From positions 1 to 64,000 of the forward strand of contig JBIOZG010000005.1 in the NCBI GenBank assembly GCA_044870765.1: DNA of 64,000 bases, in the 5' to 3' direction. Every line of letters begins with the position of its first letter. Position 1 is the first letter of the stretch. The notes beneath the pieces were generated by a model. It was not told where the DNA came from, did no database searches, and saw only the letters and a program-made list of their open reading frames with translations. This stretch comes from Nitrososphaeraceae archaeon (lineage in GTDB: Archaea; Thermoproteota; Nitrososphaeria; Nitrososphaerales; Nitrososphaeraceae). Shown one piece after another: positions 9,291 to 19,894 of the stretch. Made by a program: the position numbers and the translations under genes.

Positions 9291-11129
9291 TTGCTGGGCG
9301 CGACTTTTTCTAGAAACAATGTCATTATTCTTCTTATCATTGCGATAATTGGTATTGGGCTTTCGATACTGTCATATCAGTATTCTTCTTTTACTGCAAA
9401 TGAAATTGCCAACATTTCATCCCAAGATGTACGATCCAATGCAAAAATAGAAGTATACCAACTATCACGCATTCTTGTCAGGAGCATGGAGTCTATTTCT
9501 AACAATTTACAGAGCTTGAGCAATTCCATTTCACTATTGGACAACAAAACCGACAATATTCAGAGATTATTTGATTCGGCTCAGACATCGACTAAGGACT
9601 TAACAAATGGATATTATATGTTTGATATGAATGGAGAAATTATTTCTGATACAAGCAATAAATCTAATAAATCTATTCCTGCTGATTATACCGGTATCAG
9701 AACAAATTCAACAGAACTATTATCGTCCAAAACGAGTAACAGCACATATTATAGTAGCATCATTGATGTTAATAACCAATTTCCGTTACTCTTTATGTCA
9801 TACCCGGTACTTGAAACTAACGTTACTCAAGGTAATGTCACGATTCAATCCAATATGTCAAAGTTTGAAGGGATAGTGTTCACGACAATTGATTTAGCGA
9901 AACTAGGCGATTTTTTACAGAAGGAACTTTCACCCGAGTTTGCAAGCAATGTAGGATTAATAGATAAGAACGGTGTGATTTTATATTCAAAAAATAGAAA
10001 TGTAGTTGGTAAAAATTACCTAAACCCAGAATTTCAAGATCTCATTCCTCCAGAAATCAAAAATGAGTACAATGATATCCTGGGTACCTCTCTGACAGGA
10101 GGATCAGGACTAAGAGATATCTCTTTTAACGATAATATGACTACAATTGCTTACCAACCTATAACTTTAGCCGGCGAATTTCTATGGTCACTGTACATTA
10201 GTACCCCGCATAGTCTGGCTTCAAATGTCGGCTATTTAATAAATCAACAAAAGAATTTCAGTACTATTGTAATTATTGTTGTTGGTTCTATGGCTTTTGG
10301 CATTGCATTTTTGATATTATCTTGGAATAAGCGATTAGAGGGGGCAGTCGAATCCAGAACAGTGCAAATAAAGAAAACAAATGAATCTCTGACAGAATCA
10401 AATAGTCTTCTTGCTTCGGCAAATAAACAACTAGAGATACATGATAACATGCAAAAGGAGTTTATCAATGTCGCAGCTCACGAATTAAGAACCCCGATAA
10501 TGCCAATTTTAGGCGAAGCAGAATTAATAGAAAATGATATCAGCGACAGTGACTACGCAAAAGTTAGCAAAGAACAAATTTCTTCGATAATTCGCAATGC
10601 AAAAAGATTGGATAGATTGGCAGCAGACATATTGGATGTCACCAATATTGAAGGAAAATCACTAAAACTGAATAAAGCTTCCTTTGATATTGATGAAATT
10701 TTATCAGAATTAGTTACGGAATATTCAAGACAGATTGAAAGCGATTTTGCGAAAAATAAAAAACTCAAGATTTCTTATGAACCAATCCACGTAAAAATAT
10801 TTGCAGATAAATATAGAATCACACAGGTCGTTTCAAATATTATCAACAATGCAATTAAATTCACAGACGAAGGAATCATAACTATAGTTGGTAACGTCAA
10901 TAGCACTGAGTTATCTGTTCAAATTAGCGATACTGGTAAGGGAATAGATCGCGAGATAATTAGTAGATTATTCGACAAATTTGTATCAAGATCAGAACAG
11001 GGGACTGGCCTGGGTCTCTTCATCTCTAAGAACATAATCGAGTCTCATGGGGGGACAATAACCGGATTTAATCAAGAAAAAGGAACTGGGGCAACATTTA
11101 TTTTTACTTTACCGTTGAATTCAAAATAA
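9291..11129 (+). CDS. Membrane sensor histidine kinase with extracellular Cache-like domain
   Basis: Two TM helices around a ~300-aa sensor; H-box AAHELRTP, N-box NIINNAIKFT, G-boxes DTGKG and GTGLGL. Confidence 0.93.
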   Translation: MLGATFSRNNVIILLIIAIIGIGLSILSYQYSSFTANEIANISSQDVRSNAKIEVYQLSRILVRSMESISNNLQSLSNSISLLDNKTDNIQRLFDSAQTSTKDLTNGYYMFDMNGEIISDTSNKSNKSIPADYTGIRTNSTELLSSKTSNSTYYSSIIDVNNQFPLLFMSYPVLETNVTQGNVTIQSNMSKFEGIVFTTIDLAKLGDFLQKELSPEFASNVGLIDKNGVILYSKNRNVVGKNYLNPEFQDLIPPEIKNEYNDILGTSLTGGSGLRDISFNDNMTTIAYQPITLAGEFLWSLYISTPHSLASNVGYLINQQKNFSTIVIIVVGSMAFGIAFLILSWNKRLEGAVESRTVQIKKTNESLTESNSLLASANKQLEIHDNMQKEFINVAAHELRTPIMPILGEAELIENDISDSDYAKVSKEQISSIIRNAKRLDRLAADILDVTNIEGKSLKLNKASFDIDEILSELVTEYSRQIESDFAKNKKLKISYEPIHVKIFADKYRITQVVSNIINNAIKFTDEGIITIVGNVNSTELSVQISDTGKGIDREIISRLFDKFVSRSEQGTGLGLFISKNIIESHGGTITGFNQEKGTGATFIFTLPLNSK

Positions 11130-11169
11130 ATTAAGATTGTATGTTAGTAACAATTCACACATTTCTATC

Positions 11170-12576
11170 CTATCGTAATCTACACACAACACATACATCA
11201 TTTACATTGGTCCCCGTAATTTTCGTGCACAGTGCCCCATTTACTTTATTAAATAATACGTTACTATCATGGTTTTTGAGAACGTCTAATATTTTCAATT
11301 TCTTTTGTCTTAATTTAGATAGTACCTTTGGATTTAATATAGCGCCTGCATCAAGGGAATTTCCATCAATTCCATCTGTTCCAAAACTAGCAATTGTAAA
11401 ATCCATATTGTCGCCTAGGTCTTCAAAATGGGCTGCAGCTGAGAGTACTGTTTCTTGATTTCTGCCTCCAACACCATTAGTTCTATTTTTCAACTCAACA
11501 GTCGTTTCCCCACCAAGAACAAAAGCATATGGGGTTGAGACAGATGGAAAATCATCAACAAGTTTGAATAGAAACTTTCCTAGTGATCTGGAACTTCCTG
11601 TAAACTTTGAACCCAGATACATTGTTTTTATACCTTTTCCTTCTAAAAATAGTTTGATGCTATTGCAAGGTATATTGTTATTCCCAATGATAACATTTTG
11701 AATATTGGTAAATATAGTATTTCCAGGTTTTGGTGTATCCCTGATTCTTCCCAACACACCAGCAGTGATTAAATCTTTGAGTTTTCTAGAAATCACTTTT
11801 TGATTGTTCCACAGTTTGTATTTTATCAGTACGTTTTTTGTATCGCTGAATGTGGTCGTGTCCGGAACAGTAGGCCCTGATGCTATTACGTCAATTTTAT
11901 CTTCAACTACATCGGATAGAATGAGGGTTATTAAAGGAAATTTTTTATTAATCATTGCAGCAAGTCTGCCACCTTTGATGTTAGATACGTGTTTTCTTAC
12001 AGTATTCATTTCTTCAATTGATGCACCTGATGATAGGAGCCTTGTAGTTATTTTCTGTTTATCTGCAAGACTCATAATATCTAAGGGTAAAGGCATTAGT
12101 GCTGATGCTCCTCCTGATAGGAACATTACCACTAGGTCATTTCTATTTGCCTTTTCTAATAGTTTTACAATTCTTTTTGTTCCGACAACTCCATTGGAAT
12201 CTGGTACTGGATGGCCAGCATTTGTCACCAAACACAATTTGCTTTTCATATTTATTCCATAGGGAATTGTAACGCAACCTTCCTTGACTCTCCTACTGTT
12301 AACTATGCTTATGAAGGAATCTGCCATTGCGGCAGTTGCCTTGCCGGCTCCAACCAGGTAAATTGAGCCAATTAACCTAGTATCATACTCCACACTCATT
12401 CCTTTGTAATCAAAAATCCTCAGACAATCATGCCTGAATTTTACCGAATTTTTCATTAACGATACGGGGTTCACGGATTTTAGGCCCACCTCAATGGCCT
12501 CCAGGGTTAAGCTTAAGGAATCAGAGTAATTACTTTTTAAAATCTGCGATTTGTTTCTAACAGTCAAATTGGGCAT
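11170..12576 (-). CDS. Glycerate 2-kinase (TtuD/MOFRL family)
   Basis: VGAGKA, SGGASAL, NTVRKHVSNIKGG, GGETTV, GGRNQE, GTDGIDG, TGTNVND. Confidence 0.92.
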   Translation of the reverse strand: MPNLTVRNKSQILKSNYSDSLSLTLEAIEVGLKSVNPVSLMKNSVKFRHDCLRIFDYKGMSVEYDTRLIGSIYLVGAGKATAAMADSFISIVNSRRVKEGCVTIPYGINMKSKLCLVTNAGHPVPDSNGVVGTKRIVKLLEKANRNDLVVMFLSGGASALMPLPLDIMSLADKQKITTRLLSSGASIEEMNTVRKHVSNIKGGRLAAMINKKFPLITLILSDVVEDKIDVIASGPTVPDTTTFSDTKNVLIKYKLWNNQKVISRKLKDLITAGVLGRIRDTPKPGNTIFTNIQNVIIGNNNIPCNSIKLFLEGKGIKTMYLGSKFTGSSRSLGKFLFKLVDDFPSVSTPYAFVLGGETTVELKNRTNGVGGRNQETVLSAAAHFEDLGDNMDFTIASFGTDGIDGNSLDAGAILNPKVLSKLRQKKLKILDVLKNHDSNVLFNKVNGALCTKITGTNVNDVCVVCRLR

Positions 12577-12820
12577 AGAATCACAATTGCTTCCTTGTTC
12601 TAAAAGAATATAATGTCCAAGCTCACCTTACAAGTAAATAAATTTTTTGAATACACTTGTCAATTTCTAAATATGATAATTTCTTCAATTATGTGAGCAT
12701 TTCTTGATAATTTTCTTATGGTCCAGAACCATATGATTATATTCTTATTTCGATATTTAAAACGACCCAAAGAGAAAAAGTCTCTAAACATTAATTATAT
12801 TATTGGATTAATATGAGAAG

Positions 12821-13159
12821 ATGGTTGCGGATCTTCGTTTACGCGGAATGGTGGGTAGAAGGGGTTTGATGTTTGTATCTTACTATGGCAAGTCAAAGGC
12901 CTTTATTTCAAATTATCGATCTTGGCGGGAATATGATTCAATGGGCAAGACGGCCGAAGTTGCCTCCTCTATTATAAGCCATGAATCAATTCACCTTGCG
13001 TTGAATAAATTCTCAGTTAACGCTTCTGACAAATTGGATAATCTGTTTGGCAGATCCAATTCATGGGAAATCTATCCGCATGGATTGGGGGATTTAAATA
13101 AAGGAAGAAAAGACAGACGTAGAAATAGAAAAATACGAACCCTTTCTACGAATTTCTGA
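12821..13159 (+). CDS. Hypothetical protein with HExxH (mini-zincin-like) motif
   Basis: SIISHESIHLAL; TATA-like ttatata about 25 nt upstream. Confidence 0.55.
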   Translation: MVADLRLRGMVGRRGLMFVSYYGKSKAFISNYRSWREYDSMGKTAEVASSIISHESIHLALNKFSVNASDKLDNLFGRSNSWEIYPHGLGDLNKGRKDRRRNRKIRTLSTNF

Positions 13160-13227
13160 GATTTCTGGGAAACTTGTATTAGAAGCGTACATTACAATAA
13201 TAATGATTAAATTGGCTTTTATAATTT

Positions 13228-13638
13228 TTGGAGAGTATGCCTGTTTACTTCACACCACAAGAGGCTAATAGGATCTTGCCCGAAGTAAAGAAATTATTTT
13301 CAAGCATAACACTTCAAAAAAATAAGGTAATCAAACTTCAAGAAGAATTGCAAAGGATGGTTGGCGACGGTGCAAAATTTGCAGCCTTTATAAGCAAAAA
13401 ACAGGAGCTAAATAGAGCAGTCTTTAAATTGTATGAAACAATAGCAGAGCTGGAGAACAAAGGAGTCATGATAAAAAGCGTTGATGAGGGTCTCTTAGAT
13501 TTTCCATCATTAAGATTTGATGAAGAGGTATGGCTTTGTTGGAAAGAAGGCGAGAATGAAATAAAATTTTGGCATAGAAAAGATGAAGGTTTCATGGGCA
13601 GAAAACCATTAGCAACTACCAACATTATAGATCGGTAG
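13228..13638 (+). CDS. DUF2203-family protein
   Basis: FTPQEAN..LP, GLLDFP, VWLCWKEGE, WH..DEGFMGRKPL. Confidence 0.85.
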   Translation: MESMPVYFTPQEANRILPEVKKLFSSITLQKNKVIKLQEELQRMVGDGAKFAAFISKKQELNRAVFKLYETIAELENKGVMIKSVDEGLLDFPSLRFDEEVWLCWKEGENEIKFWHRKDEGFMGRKPLATTNIIDR

Positions 13639-13800
13639 TAAAACGCCTAATTCGTAATATAGTGTTACTATAGAAAAGGAACATTATATTCATATTCTAT
13701 ATAATTACCAGATTTACTTAACTGATTTAATCTATACATAAAGTGATCACATAAGATTTAAATCATGTCATAAAGCACCTTTTTATGGTAACTGTCATAA

Positions 13801-15192
13801 ATGCTTAAGGACTTCTCCAAAATACATGCCTTTAACAAGAAAAAAGTCAATACTCGCATGAATGCATTTGAGATCTTTAAGCAGATCTACATGAATTATG
13901 ACAATGTATTTATTCTAGAATCTTTAACCGGACCCAGGGAACTTTCGGAATTTTCGGTAATTGGATTTGATCCGGAATTTACGGTAAAGTGTGACAGATC
14001 TAGATTTCAAGTTTTTCGAAAGGAAAAAATGATTTGTGACAAACAAGTAGTTGATCCACTTGTAGAATTAAGGAAAATAATGCCAATTATTAACGAAAGG
14101 AAACTACGATATATCGGAGGTGCAGTAGGATACGTTAGCTACGAAGCCATCAAATTTTGGGAACAGTTACCATCTAAGAAAACTAACAATATGTTTCCAT
14201 TAATGGAATTTGGGATCTATACTGATGGTTTAATCCATGACAAGAAGGATAACGAAATTTACTATTTCCACATTGGTAAAAAATCTAGATTTAATCAATT
14301 AGAGAAAATCATAAAGTCTAAAAAACAAGCCAGAGCAAATAGTCTTTCCTATTCAAAGCCAATATCGGAAACTTCTAGGAGCAATTTTATTGACAACGTT
14401 AAGAAGGCGAAGGATTACGTATATCAGGGAGATGTCTTTCAGGTAGTAATATCAAGAAGAATCAATTTTGTCATAAAAGGGGATCCATTGTATATATATG
14501 AGAATTTACGAAAATTGAATCCATCTCCATATATGTATTTTTTTAAACGAAAAAAGCGATTAATAATTGGATCCAGTCCTGAAATGCTACTTCGCGTGAT
14601 TGACAACAAGATCGATACATTTCCTATTGCAGGAACACGAGCTATTACCAATAACGAAAATCAGAATAGAAAGTTGAAAAACGAGCTCTTAAGGGATAAA
14701 AAGGAGCTGGCAGAACATACCATGCTTGTCGATTTAGCAAGAAACGATCTTGGTAGAGTATGTAAGTTTGGGTCGGTTCGCCCAAAGGAATTGATGATAG
14801 TAAAGAGATTCAGTCATGTTCAGCATATAGTGTCTCAGATAACTGGGGATCTCTACAAGAATTACGACTGCTTTGATGCTTTTAGGTCATTATTTCCTGC
14901 TGGAACCGTATCTGGAGCGCCGAAGGTCAGAGCGATGGAGGTAATATCAGAACTAGAAAAAACGTCAAGGGGGCCTTATGCAGGGGCCTTAGGATACTTT
15001 TCCTTCAATAGATGCTGCGATTTTGCAATAATTATAAGATCCTTATTTATAAATGGGGAAAACGCTTATGTTCAATCAGGAGCTGGAATAGTTATGGATT
15101 CCGTTCCTACTAATGAATACTTGGAAACCAAGCAAAAAGCTGGAGCATTATTTTCTGCACTGCAGGCAGCAAAGAGAAATAATTCAAAATAA
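13801..15192 (+). CDS. trpE: Anthranilate synthase component I
   Basis: ILES, NPSPYM, GSSPE, PIAGT (not the PabB PIKGT), EHTMLVDLARND, FPAGTVSGAPK. Confidence 0.88.
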   Translation: MLKDFSKIHAFNKKKVNTRMNAFEIFKQIYMNYDNVFILESLTGPRELSEFSVIGFDPEFTVKCDRSRFQVFRKEKMICDKQVVDPLVELRKIMPIINERKLRYIGGAVGYVSYEAIKFWEQLPSKKTNNMFPLMEFGIYTDGLIHDKKDNEIYYFHIGKKSRFNQLEKIIKSKKQARANSLSYSKPISETSRSNFIDNVKKAKDYVYQGDVFQVVISRRINFVIKGDPLYIYENLRKLNPSPYMYFFKRKKRLIIGSSPEMLLRVIDNKIDTFPIAGTRAITNNENQNRKLKNELLRDKKELAEHTMLVDLARNDLGRVCKFGSVRPKELMIVKRFSHVQHIVSQITGDLYKNYDCFDAFRSLFPAGTVSGAPKVRAMEVISELEKTSRGPYAGALGYFSFNRCCDFAIIIRSLFINGENAYVQSGAGIVMDSVPTNEYLETKQKAGALFSALQAAKRNNSK

Positions 15193-15246
15193 TTACCAAG
15201 TAACTCCACCAATTCTTACTAAATTTATTGAAAGATCTGACATTTA

Positions 15247-16113
15247 TTATACTTCCCTAAGTTTAGTATTGTCAAAGGGCTTTGATCGTAGCCAACAATA
15301 TCTAAAGTAATCCAAACACCACTCATGAAATAGCATATTATTCTTCTCATTATCATCGTTCCTGTTTACGCTACCGAGAAAAGCACCATTCATATCGGTT
15401 TCACCCTTAATTGATGGAAACATAACCAGCGCTTTTTTTTCATTTAGCAATACTGAGACTTTAACTTGTTCTACCATTTTTCTTTCAACTAATCCATTTT
15501 TCAGCAAATCGTGAAAATTCATCTCATTTAGAAAATCTTTGCCTTTTTTTGGTATTACTGCATTTTTTGGTAATATGTAGTTAAAACTAATCTTTCGATC
15601 CTTTACTACCTTTGCAGCAACTTCCATAAGATCTAGAGGAACCTGAGGGATCATGCCATAAATAAACTCCTCGGAGTGTCTGTACATTTCTTTAATTTCC
15701 TCAATTACTGCGACCAGACCTTGGACAAAGGTACTATTATCCAGTGATCCTATTCTCTGAACAAACTTCATTGGAAGATCCGCGAAATAATGATCTGAGA
15801 AATAAGCCTTGTTTTTTGATAGAAAATTAATGGAAGGTATTTGGGTAACTATTGTATTCCCGAATGTCGTCAGAGAGTAGGCGCCATTTGAATCCTTACT
15901 TACAATACCTGCTTCCATGAGCCTATTAAAATTTCTATGAGCCTCTTGCATCGTTATCCCAAGATGTTTTGCTATTAATGTCAGATTCATCTTGGAATTT
16001 ATAAGAGCATTTATTATCTGAAGCCTTTGAGAGTTAGATAACTCTATGAATGTCTTTTCGGAATCTTCAAAGACAGTCTCAGTACCTTCCATGCCTATTA
16101 CAATTGCATTCAT
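15247..16113 (-). CDS. ArsR-type wHTH transcriptional regulator with C-terminal FilR1/DUF1724-like domain
   Basis: ELSNSQRLQII..EAHRNFNRLMEAGIVSK..YSLTTFG; H..ADLPMKFVQRIGSL; FHEWCLDYF. Confidence 0.75.
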   Translation of the reverse strand: MNAIVIGMEGTETVFEDSEKTFIELSNSQRLQIINALINSKMNLTLIAKHLGITMQEAHRNFNRLMEAGIVSKDSNGAYSLTTFGNTIVTQIPSINFLSKNKAYFSDHYFADLPMKFVQRIGSLDNSTFVQGLVAVIEEIKEMYRHSEEFIYGMIPQVPLDLMEVAAKVVKDRKISFNYILPKNAVIPKKGKDFLNEMNFHDLLKNGLVERKMVEQVKVSVLLNEKKALVMFPSIKGETDMNGAFLGSVNRNDDNEKNNMLFHEWCLDYFRYCWLRSKPFDNTKLREV

Positions 16114-16192
16114 GTTTATAAGTTAATTTTCTATTCGGATATCGACACATAATAGTCAGGATATTTTATTTATAATACGTATTGTAACATCT

Positions 16193-17260
16193 ATGACACC
16201 TATGTGGAGTTACTCTAAAGCAGGGGTTGACATAAAGAAAATTCGTGAGATACAAGATGAAATCCGCCTACTTGTATCGAAAACTCATTCTGGTTATGAA
16301 AATAAGGATTGGAAAATTATATCTGGATTTGGGCACTATGCAGGACTTATTGAATTTGATTCCAAAGTCATTGCATTGCATACTGATGGAGTCGGGACTA
16401 AAATAATAATTGCTCAATTAATGAAGAAATTCGATACTTTAGGCATAGATTGTGTTGCTATGAACGTTAATGATATAATATGTGTGGGTGCTGTTCCAAT
16501 AGGTTTCCTGGATTACATAGCATTGAGGAAACCCGATCATTACCTTGTAAGAGAACTATTGAAAGGATTGACAAAAGGAGCTAAAGAATCAAGGGTTGCA
16601 ATCGTAGGTGGGGAGACCGCGATACTTCCTGATCTTCTAAATGATACTGAGGAAAATACATTTGATCTTGTAGGCTCTGTTTTTGGGGCATGTGATAAAA
16701 AAAGATTAATCATGGGCAATAAAATAGTAGAAGGAGACATTATTATTGGGTTGGAAAGCAACGGATTGCATTCAAACGGATACTCCCTTGCTCGAAAAGT
16801 CCTACTTCCCAAATTCGATTTGCAAGATTCTTCCGCATTTCTTGACCATTCAATCGGTGAAGAACTACTGAAGCCGACAAGGATATACGTAAAGCCTATT
16901 CTTGATTTACTTGAAACAGAACCAACCTCAATTCATGGTCTTGCTCACATAACCGGAGGTTCGTTTAGCAAATTATCAAGACTAAATAGTAAAATTGATT
17001 TTAATCTAGATACTCTTCCACAACCAAGAGGCATATACAAGCTCATTCAGAAGACCGGCAAGATCTCCTATGAGGAAATGTATTCTACATTTAACATGGG
17101 TATTGGGTTTTGCATAGTAGTTTCAAAATCTGGAGTGGATAAAATAACGGACGTATTGGATAAGGACAAGCTAAAATATCATAAAGTAGGCCATGTCACG
17201 AAAGGACATGGCAGTGTACTCATATCCGTAATGGGAAAAAAATATCTCCTCAATGATTAA
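16193..17260 (+). CDS. purM: Phosphoribosylformylglycinamidine cyclo-ligase
   Basis: YSKAGVD, TDGVGTK, GGETA, SNGLHSNGYSL, HITGG, TFNMGIG. Confidence 0.96.
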   Translation: MTPMWSYSKAGVDIKKIREIQDEIRLLVSKTHSGYENKDWKIISGFGHYAGLIEFDSKVIALHTDGVGTKIIIAQLMKKFDTLGIDCVAMNVNDIICVGAVPIGFLDYIALRKPDHYLVRELLKGLTKGAKESRVAIVGGETAILPDLLNDTEENTFDLVGSVFGACDKKRLIMGNKIVEGDIIIGLESNGLHSNGYSLARKVLLPKFDLQDSSAFLDHSIGEELLKPTRIYVKPILDLLETEPTSIHGLAHITGGSFSKLSRLNSKIDFNLDTLPQPRGIYKLIQKTGKISYEEMYSTFNMGIGFCIVVSKSGVDKITDVLDKDKLKYHKVGHVTKGHGSVLISVMGKKYLLND

Positions 17261-17315
17261 TAATTCGCGAAACTTTACTTATTTGATACCAACAAAGAGT
17301 ATTGGAAGAATACTG

Positions 17316-18578
17316 TCACGAAGCAACACCCGACCCTATTAACCTCCATCTGTCTGCAATTCTTCTACTAATAGCAACTCTGCTTTGATTAACCATGCAT
17401 ACTGGTTTCTTCAATTTAATTTCTACGGCATGATCTTTTACATGAGTAACTGTACCAAGCGTTGCAGCAGTGCCAATATTTAGTCGCAATGATTCTTTTA
17501 TTTTGATTGGGTCAACTTTTACCAATTCTTGTGTCCCAACAGCTGTTTCAAATAAATTAAGTTCAATTCTAACATCATATACATCGGGAGGAAGCGAGTT
17601 GGGAAGTCCTACCAGTGAGCCTATCAGTGAGTCACTTTTTACTAAATATGGATCCAGTGTTGTTCCAAGTGCAACCAGACCACCTGGTTTTACGACCTCT
17701 ACGATTCCTGCACCAGTACCTAATGAGGAAATCTTTGACATTATAGGTTCGTATTTACCCTTTTTCTCATCATGGATTCCAGGTCGTATTTCAATTTCGT
17801 CACCTGTCTCAAAATCTCCCTGGATTAATGAACCACCAATAACCCCTCCTTTAACATCACCTATAGGAAGACCTGGTTTATTGATATCAAATGATCTTAA
17901 GACATGCATTAGGGGTTCAGAGTTCTTGGATCTTTCCGGAGTTTTAATATTCGTTTCTATAGCCTCAATTAGCGCATCAATATTTAATTTGTGTTGAGCA
18001 GAAACTGGAATAATTGGAGCGGCATCCGCAACACTTCCTTTAACAAAGTTCTTTATTTGTTTATAATTTTCTATTGTTTCTTCATATGATATCAAATCAA
18101 TTTTATTCTGAACTACTACAATTTGCTTTATGCCTAGAGTCTGCAGGGCCAATAAATGTTCTCTAGTTTGAGGTTGGGGCACTTTTTCATTTGCTGCAGT
18201 CACCAAGATTGCGCCATCCATCAAAGCAGCTCCTGAAAGCATATTTGCCATTAAACTTTCATGTCCTGGAGAATCTACAAAGCTTACTACGCGTTCGAAT
18301 TCAGATTCCTGGCCACAATTAGCGCATTCAGGTTTTGTCGAATAGCATGTTGGTGGAGGACAATTTTTACATTTGTAAAAAGCAGCATCAGCGTATCCTA
18401 CTTTTATTGTAATTCCTCTTCTTAATTCCTCACTATGGCCACTGGTCCAAACTCCAGTTATGGATTCAACTAATGTAGTTTTTCCGTGGTCGACATGACC
18501 AGATGTTCCAATATTCACGCAAGGTTGATAACCGTATTGTTTGACGTACCAGTCGGGTAAAGTTTCTTTCCAATGCAA
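17316..18578 (-). CDS. eif2g: Translation initiation factor 2 gamma subunit
   Basis: GHVDHGKTT, EELRRGITIKVGYAD, Zn-ribbon, DSPGHE, QNKID, WRLIG. Confidence 0.97.
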   Translation of the reverse strand: MHWKETLPDWYVKQYGYQPCVNIGTSGHVDHGKTTLVESITGVWTSGHSEELRRGITIKVGYADAAFYKCKNCPPPTCYSTKPECANCGQESEFERVVSFVDSPGHESLMANMLSGAALMDGAILVTAANEKVPQPQTREHLLALQTLGIKQIVVVQNKIDLISYEETIENYKQIKNFVKGSVADAAPIIPVSAQHKLNIDALIEAIETNIKTPERSKNSEPLMHVLRSFDINKPGLPIGDVKGGVIGGSLIQGDFETGDEIEIRPGIHDEKKGKYEPIMSKISSLGTGAGIVEVVKPGGLVALGTTLDPYLVKSDSLIGSLVGLPNSLPPDVYDVRIELNLFETAVGTQELVKVDPIKIKESLRLNIGTAATLGTVTHVKDHAVEIKLKKPVCMVNQSRVAISRRIADRWRLIGSGVAS

Positions 18579-18666
18579 TAAGTATAGTGAAATTTTACAG
18601 AGATATTAATTTAATTGAAAGTATTTCTTTCGATGTTATAATTATCCAAAAATATGCGGGAAATAA

Positions 18667-19065
18667 CTATTGTTCGGCTTTTTCGGATTCAGTCGTCGAG
18701 GTTTCAACCGGAGTTGGCAAGTTTCCTTCCAAGAGTAAACAATTTATCTGATATATTTCCTCCGTAATCATATTTCCCCTGACCAGTTTTCTCTTTCTTA
18801 TGCCTTCTCGATCATCTCTCATGCCTGCACCTTTGGACAACAGCACGTATTTTTTTACACCCCCGTGAACATCACTTCGGATAGGGGTTCCAGATTTATC
18901 ACTACCACCTTTTAATTGGATCTTTCCAGGAGTTATACCAACAACGGAAGCATCTACAATTTCTCCTACCCTTAGACCCACCAGGGGTTGAGCTTCTTTG
19001 TCCTTTAGTTCCTTGCTAACGCTTTTACCATTCTTATCAGAAACTATTATCTTGAACTGAGTCAA
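18667..19065 (-). CDS. rps6e: 30S ribosomal protein S6e
   Basis: GGSDKSGTPIRSDVHG, RKRKLVRGN, YQIN. Confidence 0.95.
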   Translation of the reverse strand: MTQFKIIVSDKNGKSVSKELKDKEAQPLVGLRVGEIVDASVVGITPGKIQLKGGSDKSGTPIRSDVHGGVKKYVLLSKGAGMRDDREGIRKRKLVRGNMITEEIYQINCLLLEGNLPTPVETSTTESEKAEQ

Positions 19066-19152
19066 TATGGATTCAAACAGATATCACATTTAATTAATCT
19101 TTGCAGAATAAACGCTAAATCCTTAATAAGTACCAATCCGATTACCTGAAAA

Positions 19153-19299
19153 GTGCATATAGAGGAAAAAAAAGAGGATGGAAATGAAAGAAAATGCTTA
19201 CGTTGTGGATACTCCATGTCTAGTATTCAAAGCTGCCATCTGCGATGTCAAAATTGTGGATCCGAATTAACCTGTTCTGACAAAGGATATGTTTGGTAA
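19153..19299 (+). CDS. 48-aa zinc-finger micro-protein (HVO_2523-like pattern)
   Basis: GTG start; (M)HIEEKKEDGNERKCLRCGYSMSSIQSCHLRCQNCGSELTCSDKGYVW*; ttaataa TATA about 25-30 nt upstream. Confidence 0.75.
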   Translation: MHIEEKKEDGNERKCLRCGYSMSSIQSCHLRCQNCGSELTCSDKGYVW

Positions 19300-19488
19300 A
19301 GCACTTGGACTGGGCAACAGACGTAAGAAAAACAAATACGAGAAAATACTTGAAGAAATAGAGTAAAAGAAAGACTCAGATATTAGAGGATAACTAAATA
19401 AGGGGAATATTGTGAATATATTATACGATACTAGTCGTTAGGAAGAATGGGAAACGTAAGGAAGAAATAAATGAAGTGATTAATTTTA

Positions 19489-19870
19489 TCAGGGTCTAAG
19501 CACTGCTACCATTATCATTCTACCTGTCACAAGAGCAAGAATAGAAAGACCTACATTTCCAATTAAATTCAAACCAAATAGTACAAAATGTTTGGAATCA
19601 ATAAGACTGACAGATTGAAGTGCAAATGAAGACATGGTTGTAAAAGATCCACAAAACCCTATGGCCAAAAAGACAGAATACTTTGGATCGAGATCAAAAT
19701 GCATGGATATAACCACGAACATTCCTAGAATGAAACTTCCGATGACATTGATAATTAAAATATTAATTGGTAACACGCCTAGGAGGATAGGAGACTCTGC
19801 TATCTTATACCTCAAAAAAAGCACCTGCTAGAGCACCTAACCCTAATATCAGAAATTCAATTCCTTTCAA
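19489..19870 (-). pseudogene. crcB: Fluoride channel Fluc/CrcB, interrupted by one extra base in a T7 run (19814-19820)
   Basis: TTG at 19870 gives MKGIEFLILGLGALAGAF then a stop; with T6 instead of T7 it continues LRYKI..INVIGSFILG..GFCGSFTTMSSF as a 126-aa Fluc. Confidence 0.88.
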
Positions 19871-19894
19871 TTTTTGCCCACCATTTTTTTAATT

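Noticed and set aside
8886-9348. Plus-strand ORFs 8886..9113 and 9022..9348
   Set aside because: Shadows of the minus-strand Cys/His micro-gene and of the kinase promoter region.
13801-15192. Calling this gene pabB because trpG is not adjacent
   Set aside because: PIAGT and NPSPYM motifs favour TrpE.
17470-17997. Long antisense ORFs (also 11804..12262, 20127..20690, 36077..36559, 40920..41426)
   Set aside because: Opposite strand of well-supported genes; composition typical of antisense shadows.
19489-19824. Intact 111-aa crcB from the GTG at 19824
   Set aside because: Would lack most of the first TM helix, which is encoded upstream in another frame.
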